A stretch of 64,000 nt of DNA from Eledone cirrhosa (GCA_964016885.1 OZ024741.1:266848001-266912000); one strand, 5' to 3'. Shown: positions 1 to 11,458, numbered from the stretch's first letter. A program made the numbers and translations. The notes: a model not told the origin generated them from the letters alone.

Positions 1-12
1 AATAAACCACTA

Positions 13-79
<67 letters not shown>

Positions 80-181
80 GAATAATCGAGTATCGAAAAA
101 TCGGCGCACGAGTTCACGATAAACAAAATTCGAGATGAGCGGCAGAGGGCTCCATAATTCAAATAAATCAGAGCTATAACT

Positions 182-251
<70 letters not shown>

Positions 252-254
<3 letters not shown>

Positions 255-626
255 ATAATAATAAAATTGAAGACTAAAATCCAGAGAGGGCTCGATAAGG
301 AAAATATATATCAAATATATAAGAACCGAAGAGCAAATATTTATTAAAATAACAGATTAAAGTTTAAGCAAAGAATCGCTGCTTTCACCCTTAACGGGAT
401 CTTCTGAAACTAACAAAGTCAATCTGTAAACGCAGAACTGGATTAAAAGGGTAGAACACTGGAAGGTAATATCCGTAGTGGTAGAGCATTCAGTCCATGG
501 GACGAGTTTGGTAGAAGTAGTAGCACAACAGTTAGTTCACCATACCGAGAACAATTGTTTCACCTCGGACTGCCGAGCTGAAACAATTGCTCTCGGTATG
601 GTGAACTAACTGTTGTGTTACTACTT
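252..626 (-). mobile_element. (TA)n-anchored dispersed repeat ending in a fold-back hairpin; probable Penelope-like 3' fragment
   Basis: 252-410 recurs inverted at 10242-10400 and directly at 10680-10760. It starts at a (TA)n tract and ends in the 54-bp inverted repeat 515-568/573-626. Confidence 0.55.
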
Positions 627-668
627 ATATATAATCTAAGATCAAAAGATGGTTAAAAGAGTTCCAAG

Positions 669-739
669 TATTTTATTATACGCATTTCAAAAACAAATAT
701 CATCATGGGATGATATCTGCGTTCTCATCAGATAAAATA
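669..739 (-). ncRNA. Type I hammerhead ribozyme motif with extended stem II
   Basis: Minus strand: TATTTTAT-CTGATGA-GAACGCAGATATCATC(CCAT)GATGATATTTGTTTTT-GAAA-TGCGTA-TA-ATAAAATA. Core intact, 8-bp stem I, palindromic stem III, AUA cleavage triplet. Confidence 0.7.
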
Positions 740-1050
740 GGGAGACATGATATGAAGCTTAAAAAACACTTGTGAATAGTGAAGTTTTAAATCAACATAC
801 TGTAGAGTGCTACTTATCCGATATTTGCATTGCTTTATTGTGCTACAATAAAACTCACCTCCTACATATATATATATATATAAAAGGAACGATCGACTTT
901 CATCAAATCGGACCGAGGGAACAATGTTTCCGTTGGTCTTTCCAATTGCTAATACTATCTATCGGTCGCAACTCCAGGTAGAAGGAGCAACGTGAAATAA
1001 AGTGTCTTGCTCAAGGACATAACGCATCGCCTGGTCCAGGAATCGAACTC

Positions 1051-1097
<47 letters not shown>

Positions 1098-1264
1098 ATC
1101 ATGCCTTTATTTTTAAATGTTCTCATTCCTTGTATTTTGATCATGCTTTATTTTTATTTATTATTTATTATATTTTTGTCTTTATTTGTTAATTTTTCAT
1201 TCGCACCGTTTCCTTTCGCTATATGTCTCTCCACCACTCCCCTACACACCTTTTGAACTCTTAC

Positions 1265-1292
1265 CTGAAGAAGGGCTTATGCCCGAAACGTC
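1265..1292 (+). ncRNA. Minimal hammerhead motif of the Penelope pLTR type
   Basis: CTGAAGA-A-GGGC(TTAT)GCCC-GAAA-CG-TC, followed by AATAAA at 1331 and a (TA)n tract. Stem I is only about 2 bp. Confidence 0.6.
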
Positions 1293-1379
1293 GTCCTCCA
1301 CCTACCCCCCACTCTCCTGAGCGTGAATCTAATAAACATTTGTCGTACTGCCTCTCTGTTCTGTCCCTGTTCAATTTTT

Positions 1380-1412
<33 letters not shown>

Positions 1413-1460
1413 AAAATTTGTTTTGCAAGATTTTTTATTTGATAACGTGTGTTGAAACAG

Positions 1461-1803
1461 ATATTGTTATAGCTTAGGAGGATCATGCTGCCAATAAAAT
1501 CACACGCACCTATTGGTTTCCACTTCAATTTATTATAAATTCCCGGATGGTTGGTTCAATAATAGGATGGTTGTTTATATATATTGTCAAAGCTCTTTCA
1601 TCACACATTCAGTGACTGATTTTTATTTTGTGTCGCTCCGTTGTTCTGTCCTACATCATCTTAATTAAAAGAAACACATGAAGAGACAAGACATCAATCA
1701 CTGAGGAGGTCACAGAATGTGTGACGAAAGAGTGCCGACAATGAAAATCAACAGGTACGTGTGATTTTATTGGCACCATGACCCTCTCAAAGTATAACAA
1801 TAT
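1461..1803. mobile_element. Diverged inverted pair of a TA-anchored repeat containing a hammerhead-like motif
   Basis: 1461-1522 pairs with 1742-1803 and 1583-1617 pairs with 1708-1742 at roughly 80% identity. CTGAGGA-G-GTCAC(AGAATGT)GTGAC-GAAA lies at 1701-1729. Confidence 0.5.
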
Positions 1804-1824
1804 ATATATATGTATGTATGTATG

Positions 1825-1857
<33 letters not shown>

Positions 1858-1962
1858 ATGCAAAAGGCAAACAGAAATAACAAAGCAAACGACACAGTAC
1901 AATGAAGAAATATATTATTAGTTTTACGCTTGATTTTACATACATACGTACACGTACACGCG

Positions 1963-2038
<76 letters not shown>

Positions 2039-2044
2039 TAGATA

Positions 2045-2590
2045 GATATGTATGTAAAAGATAAACAGAAATAACAACACAATCGATACAGTATATGGAA
2101 GGAATATATTAGGTTAACGCTTGAAATAGCAGGAAGAGGGTCTTAACGTTTCGGACGCTAGTCCTTCATCAGAAGTAAGAATGAGAAATAAGATAGATTG
2201 AGGGGACGGGCGGGTTGTAATTTGAAAATATGTATTTAAATTAAAATAACAGGTCCATTCATGTTGACATCTCTTGGAAAACTGTTGGTGCTGGCGTTTT
2301 GTGTATGATTTGTTTTTTTTTAGAAAAGTGAATGATGGAACGCTTGTACCTGAATGGAAAAAAACCGTTTTGGAAAAATAGTTATACTTGTGCGCGTGCG
2401 TATGCATGTGTGTGTGTGCGTGTGTGTGTTATTATACGTCCGTAGGAAGCTGAGAAAAATTGTGTGTGTAAGTAAAAGAGTGTGCGCATGCTTGTAAGTA
2501 CGAAGCTATGAGCAAAAGTATGTTCATATAAGGATGTGTATGTGTGTATACAGAGCAGTGAAGGGAAAAGTGGAGTGTGCATATTTTGTC
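2045..2590 (-). mobile_element. Penelope-like pLTR/3' fragment with hammerhead motif, 3' end on (TA)n
   Basis: Homologous to 63135-63400 (same strand) and 6395-6480 (opposite strand). Carries the hammerhead motif at 2142-2175. Confidence 0.6.
2142..2175 (-). ncRNA. Minimal hammerhead motif
   Basis: Minus strand: CTT-CTGATGA-A-GGAC(TAGC)GTCC-GAAA-CG-TT-AAG. Confidence 0.6.
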
Positions 2591-2599
2591 GGTCTATAT

Positions 2600-2870
2600 A
2601 TCTATCTAAGGCAGGTAAAATTCCCGAGATCCATGGACGAGTTCTCTCCAGCGGTCTCTGTCCCTCATTATCGCTGCCATATCCTGCATCTCCAACAGAC
2701 CAGTGTCTGTCCTTAGGGCATCAACATATATTAACCTTGGTCTTCCTCTTCTAGTGTGTCCATGTAGGGGTTCCCAAAGGAGAACTGAGTGCAATGTCAA
2801 CTCTGGATGTCGGTGAGCATGTCCAGCCAACCTCAGTCTCCTCTGTGTCACTTTTGAGCTGACTTTTGAG
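2600..2870 (-). mobile_element. 3' end of an RTE-clade non-LTR retrotransposon (family B)
   Basis: Translation QRRLRLAGHAHRHPE...LLWEPLHGHTRRGRPRLIYVDAL...MRDRDRWRELV is a typical RTE-like C-terminus. Flanked by microsatellites. Confidence 0.8.
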
Positions 2871-2871
2871 G

Positions 2872-2903
<32 letters not shown>

Positions 2904-3147
2904 CACACACGCACACCCGTGTTTGAATGTGTACAAGCAGCTTATTAAGTCTTTTCTATATCTAAATTTCATAAGTGACAGATATATCTTAATCTCTTGA
3001 TTAACCTAACAGACAAATATCAGTTACGACAAATAAATGTAATTACAGCAGTGGGTTGCCGTAACTGTGATGGATTAGGAGAATAAAAATCAAACGGCTG
3101 GATTAGTGCCGTCTATATAACACCTGTGCACAGGTAGAATGGTGTGA

Positions 3148-3570
3148 AGGTGCGTGGCTTAGTGGTTAGCGTGTTCGGCTCACGTTCATACATAAGGTCG
3201 TAAATTTCATTCCCAGCGGTGCGTTGTGATCTTAAGCAAGATACTTTATTTCACGTTGCTTCAGTCAGCTCAGCTGGAGGAGGGGGTGAACTTTATCTGT
3301 AATTTCAAATGGCCAGCTATGTCATACACTGTGTCATGCTGAATCTCCCTGAGAATTAGGTTAAGGGGTACACGCATTTGTAAATGCTTAGCCACCTACG
3401 CTATATCACAAGCTAGACTATACTTGTAATTTAAAGGGCTTGCTGTGACACGCTGAATCTCCCTGAGAATTACATTAGTAATAAACGTGTCTGTGGAATG
3501 CTAAGCCAAATGCGCATTGATTTCACGAATAGGTCGTTTCGTTAATCCAACAACGGGAACACTCGCCGTC
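3148..3570 (+). mobile_element. tRNA-derived SINE with an internal duplication
   Basis: A-box-like GTGGCTTAGTGG, a degenerate B box and the TTAAGCAAGATACTTTATTTCACGTTGC core. Inverted relatives lie at about 975-1052, 4500-4600 and 57220-57345. GCTGAATCTCCCTGAGAATTA occurs twice. Confidence 0.65.
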
Positions 3571-3591
3571 GGAGCCAGCAGAGGGTCCTAC

Positions 3592-4462
3592 AACTGCTGA
3601 AGGGGAGAGATATGTTTTTACTGCTCAGCTAAGGTGCCACTGGGTAACAGATAGTTGGCTGCTGAAGGCGAGAGGTGTGTTTTTACTGCTCAGCTTATGT
3701 GATACTTACTAACAAACAGACAGTTAAGGGCCAGATGTGTGTGTTTCACTCTTCAGCTATGGTGACACTGAATACCAGACTGCCGAGGACCAGAGGTGTG
3801 GTTTTTACTGCTCAGGTATGGTGACACTGAATAACAGACTGCCGAGGACCAGAAGTGTGGTTTTTACTGCTCAGGTATGGTGACACTGAATAACAGACTG
3901 CCGAGGACCAGAAGTGTGGTTTTTACTGCTCAGGTATGGTGACACTGAATAACAGACTGCCGGGGACCAGAGGTGTGGTTTTTACTGCTCAGGTATGGTG
4001 ACACTGAATAACAGACTGCCGAGGACCAGAAGTGTGGTTTTTACTGCTCAGCTATGGTGACACTGAATAACAGACTGCCGAGGACCAGAAGTGTGGTTTT
4101 TACTGCTCAGCTATGGTGACACTGAATAACAGACTGCCGAGGACCAGAAGTGTGGTTTTTACTGCCCAGCTATGGTGACACTGAATAACAGACTGCTGAG
4201 GACCAGAGGTGTGTTTTTATTGCTCAGCTATGGTGACACTGACTGATATACTGTCGACTGCTGAAGGCTAGAGGTGTGTTTTTACTGCTCAGCTTAGGTG
4301 ACACTGACTAACAGACAGTTAAGGGCCAATGGTGTTTTCACTGCCCAGATAAAGTGGCACTGACTAACACACAGTTGAGGGCCACAGGTGGTTTCACTGG
4401 TCAGCTAAGGTGGCACTGATTAACAGACTTTTGAGGGCCAGAGGTGTGTTTTCACTGCCCAG
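3592..4462. repeat. 59-bp minisatellite, about 14 units with degenerate edges
   Basis: GCCGAGGACCAGAAGTGTGGTTTTTACTGCTCAGGTATGGTGACACTGAATAACAGACT recurs every 59 bp. Confidence 0.95.
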
Positions 4463-5641
4463 TGGATTATCGTTTTATGTCAGTAACGGGACCAACTTAT
4501 AGTTTCTACTGGTACTCAGTTTCAGTTGAGTGAACTGGAACAACGTGATATCAAGTGTCTAGTCCAAGGACATAATGCGTTATCCTGTCTGGGAACCAAA
4601 TTACACATACACATATACACACACAAATACGTGTACGACAGGCTTTCGCACAGTTTCCGTATACCAAAGGCCACTCTGAAGATATTATTCAGCCCGAGGC
4701 ACTTGCCAAATATACCGCGCCGTGGGGCTGAACGTGATACCATGTGTATATTATATTCATTTCGTTTCTTAATTTCTGATGTTCAAAAGAAAATGTGACA
4801 AAGGAAAAAGAACCATAAAAACAATCAATCTATCAATTAGTTATTAACAGGTTTAAATGAAACAATTCAATGAATCGATTTCTGTTTTCTAGTGACAAAC
4901 TACAACGACCAATACAGGTTTCCATACTTTCATCGTCTGGACATTTAATTTTTTCTTTCTTTTTGTTTTTGTTATTTTTTCAAATTCGCCTCTGTTCACA
5001 GCTCTGTAGCTTTCAGCCAATCATTGTTCGTGTTTTCCCCCCACGTGACCCCTCAACCGTTGCCCTCCCCATTTCTCTGTCAATCAACAACAAAAATACC
5101 TTCAATGGCCAACGTTAATTTATAATATTTTCTTAATAAGATTTTCTTGTTCCACTCTATTTTTTTTTTTATTTATTTGCCTCTTCTTTCACCCCTCCCT
5201 AAATAACTTTTAATACGCCCATAATTTTTTTTTTAATATTTACTTGGTCAACTTATTGGACTTTATATATAAATATTTCGGATGTTAAATAACTTTTAAA
5301 GGTAAGTTTATTGTCTTATAAATTTATGTTACTTTCGAAATAAATTAATTATAACTTTAGTTCACTAATTTTATAGTAATGATTGTTTCTACTTTTGGCA
5401 CAAGGCCAGCAATTACCTCAGTGTATTACTGGTACTTTATTTTATCGGACCCCGCCAGGATGAAAGGCAAAGTTAACCTCGGCAGTGTAATTATATACCG
5501 CTTTCTATAAATTATATTTTGTTGATCACATTTGATAAATAAACTTTTGATGAGGATATATATATATATATATATATCCGTATGGGCAATATCGAAGTAG
5601 AGTTTATTATTCTTTTTATTAAGGCTAATAGTGAGTCTTGT

Positions 5642-5679
5642 TACGCTGGAGTTTCGCCTGTTTATCACAGGGTCATCAG
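5642..5679 (-). ncRNA. Hammerhead-like motif of a third family, in a TA-anchored repeat at about 5580-5700
   Basis: Minus strand: CTGATGA-C-CCTGT(GATAA)ACAGG-C-GAAA-CTC(CA)GCG-TA. Relatives at 63681-63840 show stem III as CTC(CA)GAG-TA. Confidence 0.5.
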
Positions 5680-6291
5680 AAAAGTATGTATGTAGATTCC
5701 CCTAGTTGTGTTGGGAGGGAGTTAACCACAGTTTAAAAAGGTACTCAATACATTGGTAGAGTATAGGCATCTTTATTATATATGATGATTTCATACGAAT
5801 GAAACAGGTCTAGTTCAGTAGAAGTCATATATATATATGTATATATAGTGTATTGTTACTTCGGTCCTGCTCCTTATCATTAATATTATATATATAACAC
5901 AATTTATATATTGAACGATTTGCAAAAGAAGCTGTCGAAACGGCTGGAGCTCAGCCGTCGGGACCTTGACTCTTTTCCTATGTATATATTTATATGTGTG
6001 TGTGTGTGCGCGCGAAATTAATTAAACTGATGCAGGTGTTTATCGTAAAGCCAGGTGTAATTAATCAAGTCTTTCGTTGCTGTTTTATAGGAATTCATCT
6101 CATCGAACTATAAAATCGAACAAAAAAAAAACAAAACGGTTTCTGATAGATTAAAGGAGAGAAATAATATATTGACAACAACTATCATTTTGAACATGTT
6201 CTTTCGTTTATTTTTGAAGTGTACGAGAAAGTGTTGTTTGAATGGAATTATGTGCGTGAATATAGTAATATATATATAAATATATATATAT

Positions 6292-6338
<47 letters not shown>

Positions 6339-7054
6339 TATGTGTGTAGTATCTATATGCATGCGTGTTTGTGTATTACATATATATATATATCTTGCTA
6401 TATCAAGCGTTAACCTAATATATACCTTCCATATACTGTACCGATTGTGTTGTTATTTCTGTTTACCTTTTACATACATACATATATATATGTTTTAGGT
6501 AATTCCGAATATATATATATATACTACGCAAACATGTATATATACCACTTTGTGTACGTGTGTGTAGTATATGTCTGATTTTTTATGTCCCGTAACTTAA
6601 CGGTTTGACGAAAAGAAAGGTTAATTTTTTACTATTGCTTACACCCGTCCCGGAGCCGGGTGTAGTAGTAATTTTTTTTATATATCAAGAGTAGTTAGTT
6701 GGTGGGTTTCGTTAGGGTTTTATGTTTTTCTTATAATTTTTGATGTTTTGAATGAATATGGCCTTCAAACCCACTGTAAGTTACTCGTCTTCTGGAGTTG
6801 CCCCACCAGAGAAATTCATACACCCGTCTCGTTGATCAGTGTTATAATAAAAATGTACACAAAAAAAAGATAAAATAAATACATACATCGATAAAACAAG
6901 TATCAGACTTGAAAAAATAATAATAAACAAAGAATGTCCGGGATTCAATATGAACGACTAAAATCTTTTCTGGGTGGTGCTCCAGCATGGCTGCAGTCTG
7001 ACTGAAACAGGTACAAGAATATTTATATATATATATATATATATATACATACAC

Positions 7055-7210
7055 AATCTGAGTGAGTTTCTTGGTCAGTGTCCAAGTCTCAGACCCGTAC
7101 AGCAGCACAGACCAAGGTTAACGTATGTGGATGCCCTAAGGAGACACAGGGACAGAGACCGCTGGAGAGAACTCGTCCATGGATCTCGGGAATTTTACCC
7201 GCCCTAGATA
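7055..7210. mobile_element. RTE family B fragment with a 5' inversion
   Basis: About 7058-7106 on the minus strand encodes LLYGSETWTLTKKLTQ. About 7107-7207 on the plus strand encodes RPRLTYVDALR...RDRDRWRELV, matching 2600-2740. TA-flanked. Confidence 0.7.
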
Positions 7211-8933
7211 TACATACATAATTAATTTACAGAGAATTTCGTCAGTAATTAACGTTCGTCATTCTACTTTTAATGATTTAAAAACAAAATCATTTTAAAG
7301 TTTACCACCTAATCTGCCTACATTTCATTAAAACATAAAACATATCTACTTAATACATACAGGGATATTTTATAATTATGATTAAAAGGTATTGTCTTTA
7401 TTCAACAAGCAGTTGTATATTAAATTGTATAATGTTGATTTACAAAAGGTACAAATCAAAAGAAAATAGTCAGAAAGAAGGATAATATTTGTAATTTAAT
7501 CGCGAGAATGGAAAACTTTTTCAGTTAAGTATTATATACACCTGAATGCACAAATAACTTAATCTACGGGCTTTTCTTTTTGTGTGTGTGTGTGTGTTTC
7601 AATTGCCTCTAGTCAGGCTGAGTGTATATCAAACTATTATAAGTTATTAAATAGCTTATCCTAACTAGAATGTGTAATGTTGTATGTAGACTGGTGTTTT
7701 CAATACCGGCTGTTATATATATATATTTATTTATATGTGTGTTTGTGCGAGAGAGAGATACTTCAGAGAGGGTCGTAGGGGCACCGTATTGACATATATT
7801 TCTAGAGCATTAAAAAAAAAATCCTGGCTTATCCCATCTCCTCTCCTTATCCGAATGAAGCAGATTTCTTTCTGAGAAGGATAGAGAAGTGAGAAAGAGA
7901 TATAGGGGAAGAATCGACCCAGTACGAGACTGGAACTTTTTTTTTTATTGACCTTGAATGGATGAAAGGCAGAGCTGACCTCGGAGGTTTTATATAAAAA
8001 TGAAGAATAAGACAGTATGGGGGGATTCTTATATCATTTTATCACCTTATTGCTAGTATATGTATTTCAATGATATCAATTATGTAATTGTTTATACTGC
8101 AATATATGTTCCGGGCGAGTATTTTTTATGTTGTCACCTCACTTTATTCTTTACTATAGCTTTGAGTGAAATTTGGTAGACAGAAAATGCAGAAGTCTGT
8201 CGCATATTTAGAGTGATGGGTTGATGGGAATCTGTCCCCAGGACCAGTGCTCAGAGGAGGAATGATAGAATCATAAGAGCATCGATCCAGGTGCTTTACG
8301 TTCTGAATTCAAATTCCGCCGTGGTCAACTTTGCCTTCTATCCTTCTGGGGTCGGTATAATCGATTTTCTCCTTCCCACAAATTGCTGGCCTTATGTCTA
8401 CGTCTGTGCCTTTGTTCCGTAAACTAGAAGTTCGAAAAAAAGTGATCTGGAGTCGAGATAAATATTTACAATGACAACTCCGAGCCCCCCCCCCCCCCCC
8501 ATGTCTTTACTCCTCCGAGCCCCCCCCCCCCCCCATGTCTTTACTCCTCCGTTATCTAAATAAACCAGTAGTTTCCAACAGTTTTGAAGGTCAAATTCAT
8601 TCAAAACCATAAGGGAAAAAAATGTTCACCTCTAATTCGAGACTAGTGTAGTTGTAAAATATTTAACGGTCTCGGTACGATCAAAGTCTTAAGACTTAAA
8701 CTTGTAAAAGAATGTGTGTAATATATATCTGTGTATGAAAGCACTTTTCTACCTTTGGGTTATTTTAACAGCTTACCTGCTTGTGTGATTTATCCTTTAT
8801 TTGTTCCGCCTGACATAACTACAGTTTAGCAACCCTCAATTTTGTCTTCTCTTGCCTTATAACTTTCTTAATGCATATATTAGTTTTTAATTTGATTATG
8901 TTGGTGAAATGATAAAGAGTGTTTACATTTAAT

Positions 8934-8981
8934 CACTTACGGTCGTTTCATCCTAGCACAAGACTAAAACTCATGGGAGTA
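8934..8981 (-). ncRNA. Decayed hammerhead motif
   Basis: Minus strand: TACT-CCCATGA-GTTTTAG(TCTTGTG)CTAGGAT-GAAA-CG(AC)CG-TA-AGTG. All three stems can form, but the CUGAUGA box has two changes. Confidence 0.4.
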
Positions 8982-9270
8982 TATAGTAATGGTTAAAACG
9001 CAAATATAATATCAGAAGTTTGTCATAAGAACATTAGTAGCATACATAATATGGGAAGTAAGCATAAGTATCAACATTTATATAAGAAAAGATAACAACG
9101 GCATTGTTATATATATAACAAAGGAAGTGTGGTAAGGAACCAGGTGGACCATAACGCACCAGAGTATTCGATACTTGGGGTAGTAGAGTGGGTAATAGGA
9201 AAAGAGTCAGCTACGGCTGAACTCAGTTCAGACCTGGCTGGAGCTCAGCCGTCGGGGTCCTGACTCTTTT

Positions 9271-9312
<42 letters not shown>

Positions 9313-9604
9313 TGTGTGTATATACTAGCCGAATTACCCGCGCTTTGCTGCGTTTAACACTTTTTTATTATAAGAAAATGATGATGAATCAGTGAACTAT
9401 TACAGGCACCCGTTTTACGTGTGTTGTGTTGAAGCGAATAACTATATGTATACTCTGGGAATGTATCCTACATTATCTATTGAGTACACTGAGATACAAC
9501 CGGTCCTTGCATTGATAAATATGCTGGGTCCGTCAACTCCTTATTATATATATATATATATATAATATATTAACAAATGGAAACTATATTTATAAAACCA
9601 TATT

Positions 9605-9669
9605 TATTTCATTATACATATTTCAAGGACACCAAAGCAAATTATGGTGCGCTTTCATCAGATAAAATA
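9605..9669 (-). ncRNA. Type I hammerhead ribozyme motif, same scaffold as 669-739
   Basis: Minus strand: TATTTTAT-CTGATGA-AAGCGCACCA(TAATTTGCTT)TGGTGTCCTT-GAAA-TATGTA-TA-ATGAAATA. Confidence 0.7.
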
Positions 9670-9914
9670 TAATATAGATCAGTTTTATAAACAAATATTG
9701 ACATACCCTTAAAAGAATGCGACCATGTCTGTAATATACTAGGAAAATTCAAATTTTCATATACAATCACATCTTTATACTTACACACCACTATAACTTT
9801 AACCACAACCACCACAACTATTTTCAACAATCATATTATGTTCACTTTTTTTTACACATATATATTTTTTTACTTATTTTTTATCATCTTCATTCTAACT
9901 TATTTATTATCATT

Positions 9915-10245
9915 CCCATAAGGATGAAAGGCAAAGTTAACCTCGGCGGTATATGGTTTGAGTTCAAATCCCGCCGAGGTTAACTTTGTTTTTCATCCTT
10001 ACGGGGTCGATAAAATAAAGTACCAGTAATGCACTGGGATAGTTGCTGGCCTTGTGCCAAAGGTAGAAACAATTATTTATTTATCGGTAATGCACTAGGT
10101 AATTGCTGGCCTTGTGTCTAACGTAGAAACAATTATTTGTTTATCGGTAGAGGGTCGGACGCCATCCTTTCCAGCATAGTTACATCCCTTTACGGTCTGA
10201 GTTCAAATCGCGCCGAGGTTGACTTTGCCTTTCATCCTTATGAAG
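9915..10245 (+). mobile_element. Cluster of tRNA-SINE family A fragments with a fold-back and a duplicated tail
   Basis: GAGTTCAAATCCCGCCGAGG...GCCTTTCATCCTTACGGGGTCGATAAAATAAAGTACCAG core is shared with 18283-18469. Inverted repeat 9915-9949/9971-10005. Confidence 0.8.
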
Positions 10246-10405
10246 ATCCCGTTAAGGGTGAAAGCAGCGATTCTTTGCTTAAACTTTAATCTGTTATTTA
10301 AATAAATATTTGCTCTACGGTTCTTATATATTTGATATATATTTATCCTTATCGAGCCCTCTTTGGATTTCAGTCTTCATAATTATTATTATTACTATAT
10401 ATATA

Positions 10406-10548
10406 TAGAAAGGATGAATATAAAATGAAAGTGCTTTTTTTAAAAAGGAATTTATTAGGTATTGACATATGTTTCTGGAAACATATGTCAATACCTAATA
10501 AATTCCTTTTTAAAAAAAAGCACTTTCATTTTATATTCATCCTTTCTA
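10406..10548. repeat. Near-perfect palindrome (70-bp arms, 2-nt loop)
   Basis: 10406-10475 is the reverse complement of 10478-10548 apart from one extra A. It abuts (TA)n. Confidence 0.95.
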
Positions 10549-11057
10549 CATTTTCTCTGGAATATAATTTATACTCGTTGAGCAAATCTGCACGTACGCT
10601 GTTCATCTCTAACGTAACGATATATTATCACTACATTATTGATAACCTGAAATTTTATATATATATATAGAGAGAGAGAGAGCAAATATTTATTTAAATA
10701 ACAAATTAAAGTTTAAGCAAAGAATCGCTGCTTTCACCCTTAACGGGATCTTCTGAAACTCAGATTCTTTACTTAAACTTTAATCTGTTATTTTACTCGT
10801 ATATTATAAACTAATATATTTCTTTATTGTTCTGTGTTGTTTGCTTTGCATATATACATATGTAAATACACATATACCCTTTTACCTGTTCCAGCCATAT
10901 ATATATATATGGGATAACAAATTATCGCTATAGGTAATCCAGTTAGAGGTTGTGAGTACTCCGTATTGTGGTTAGTTTTAACGTACGGCGTTGTTTGACT
11001 CAACAAGAGGTTTCCTTTGTTAGGTGGCGAGTTCTTGGGAATTCCTATATATATATA

Positions 11058-11198
11058 GGTGGTGAGAACAGACCTCCGATCGCTGAAGCTCACGGTGGAG
11101 ATGACGAAGGACCGTGATAAGTGGAGAGATGCTGTGCTGAATAAGACCCGTCCCACCTTTGCAAGCATGGAAAAGCGGACGTAAAATGATTATGATTT
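11058..11198 (+). mobile_element. 3'-terminal fragment of RTE family A in a (TA)n tract
   Basis: Near-identical to 62971-63110, including the GGACGTAAAATGATTATGAT tail. Confidence 0.85.
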
Positions 11199-11266
11199 TA
11201 TATATATATATATATGAATATGAATTGGTGCTCTGAAATAGCGATATATATATATATATATATATA

Positions 11267-11458
11267 GTGTATTTTGCAATACACTGTATGCTTAATTAAA
11301 AGCATTTCGAAGACCTTACGCTATTGTTTTAGAGTAGTGACAGTCTCACTTACTTTAAATGCTGAAAATTTAAAGTAAGTGAGACTGTCACTACTCTAAA
11401 ACAATAGCGTAATGTCTTCGAAATGCTTTTAATTAAGCATACAGTGTATTGCAAAATA

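Noticed and set aside
372-410. Hammerhead-like CAGAAGA-TCCC(GTTAA)GGGT-GAAA on the minus strand (also near 10730-10760)
   Set aside because: The core reads CAGA instead of CUGA in both copies and there is no convincing stem III or NUH triplet. Left uncalled.
5010-5050. CCAAT and CACGTG as a possible RGS12 promoter (also a GC box near 14190)
   Set aside because: Short motifs expected by chance, with no supportable first exon.
8478-8552. Duplicated poly-C unit, a possible G-quadruplex
   Set aside because: A simple two-copy tandem duplication with homopolymers of unreliable length.
9322-9545. Helitron/Helentron-like element (TACTAG..TACCCG start; also a stem-loop at about 6640-6665)
   Set aside because: The termini are suggestive only and there is no second copy in the window to define boundaries.
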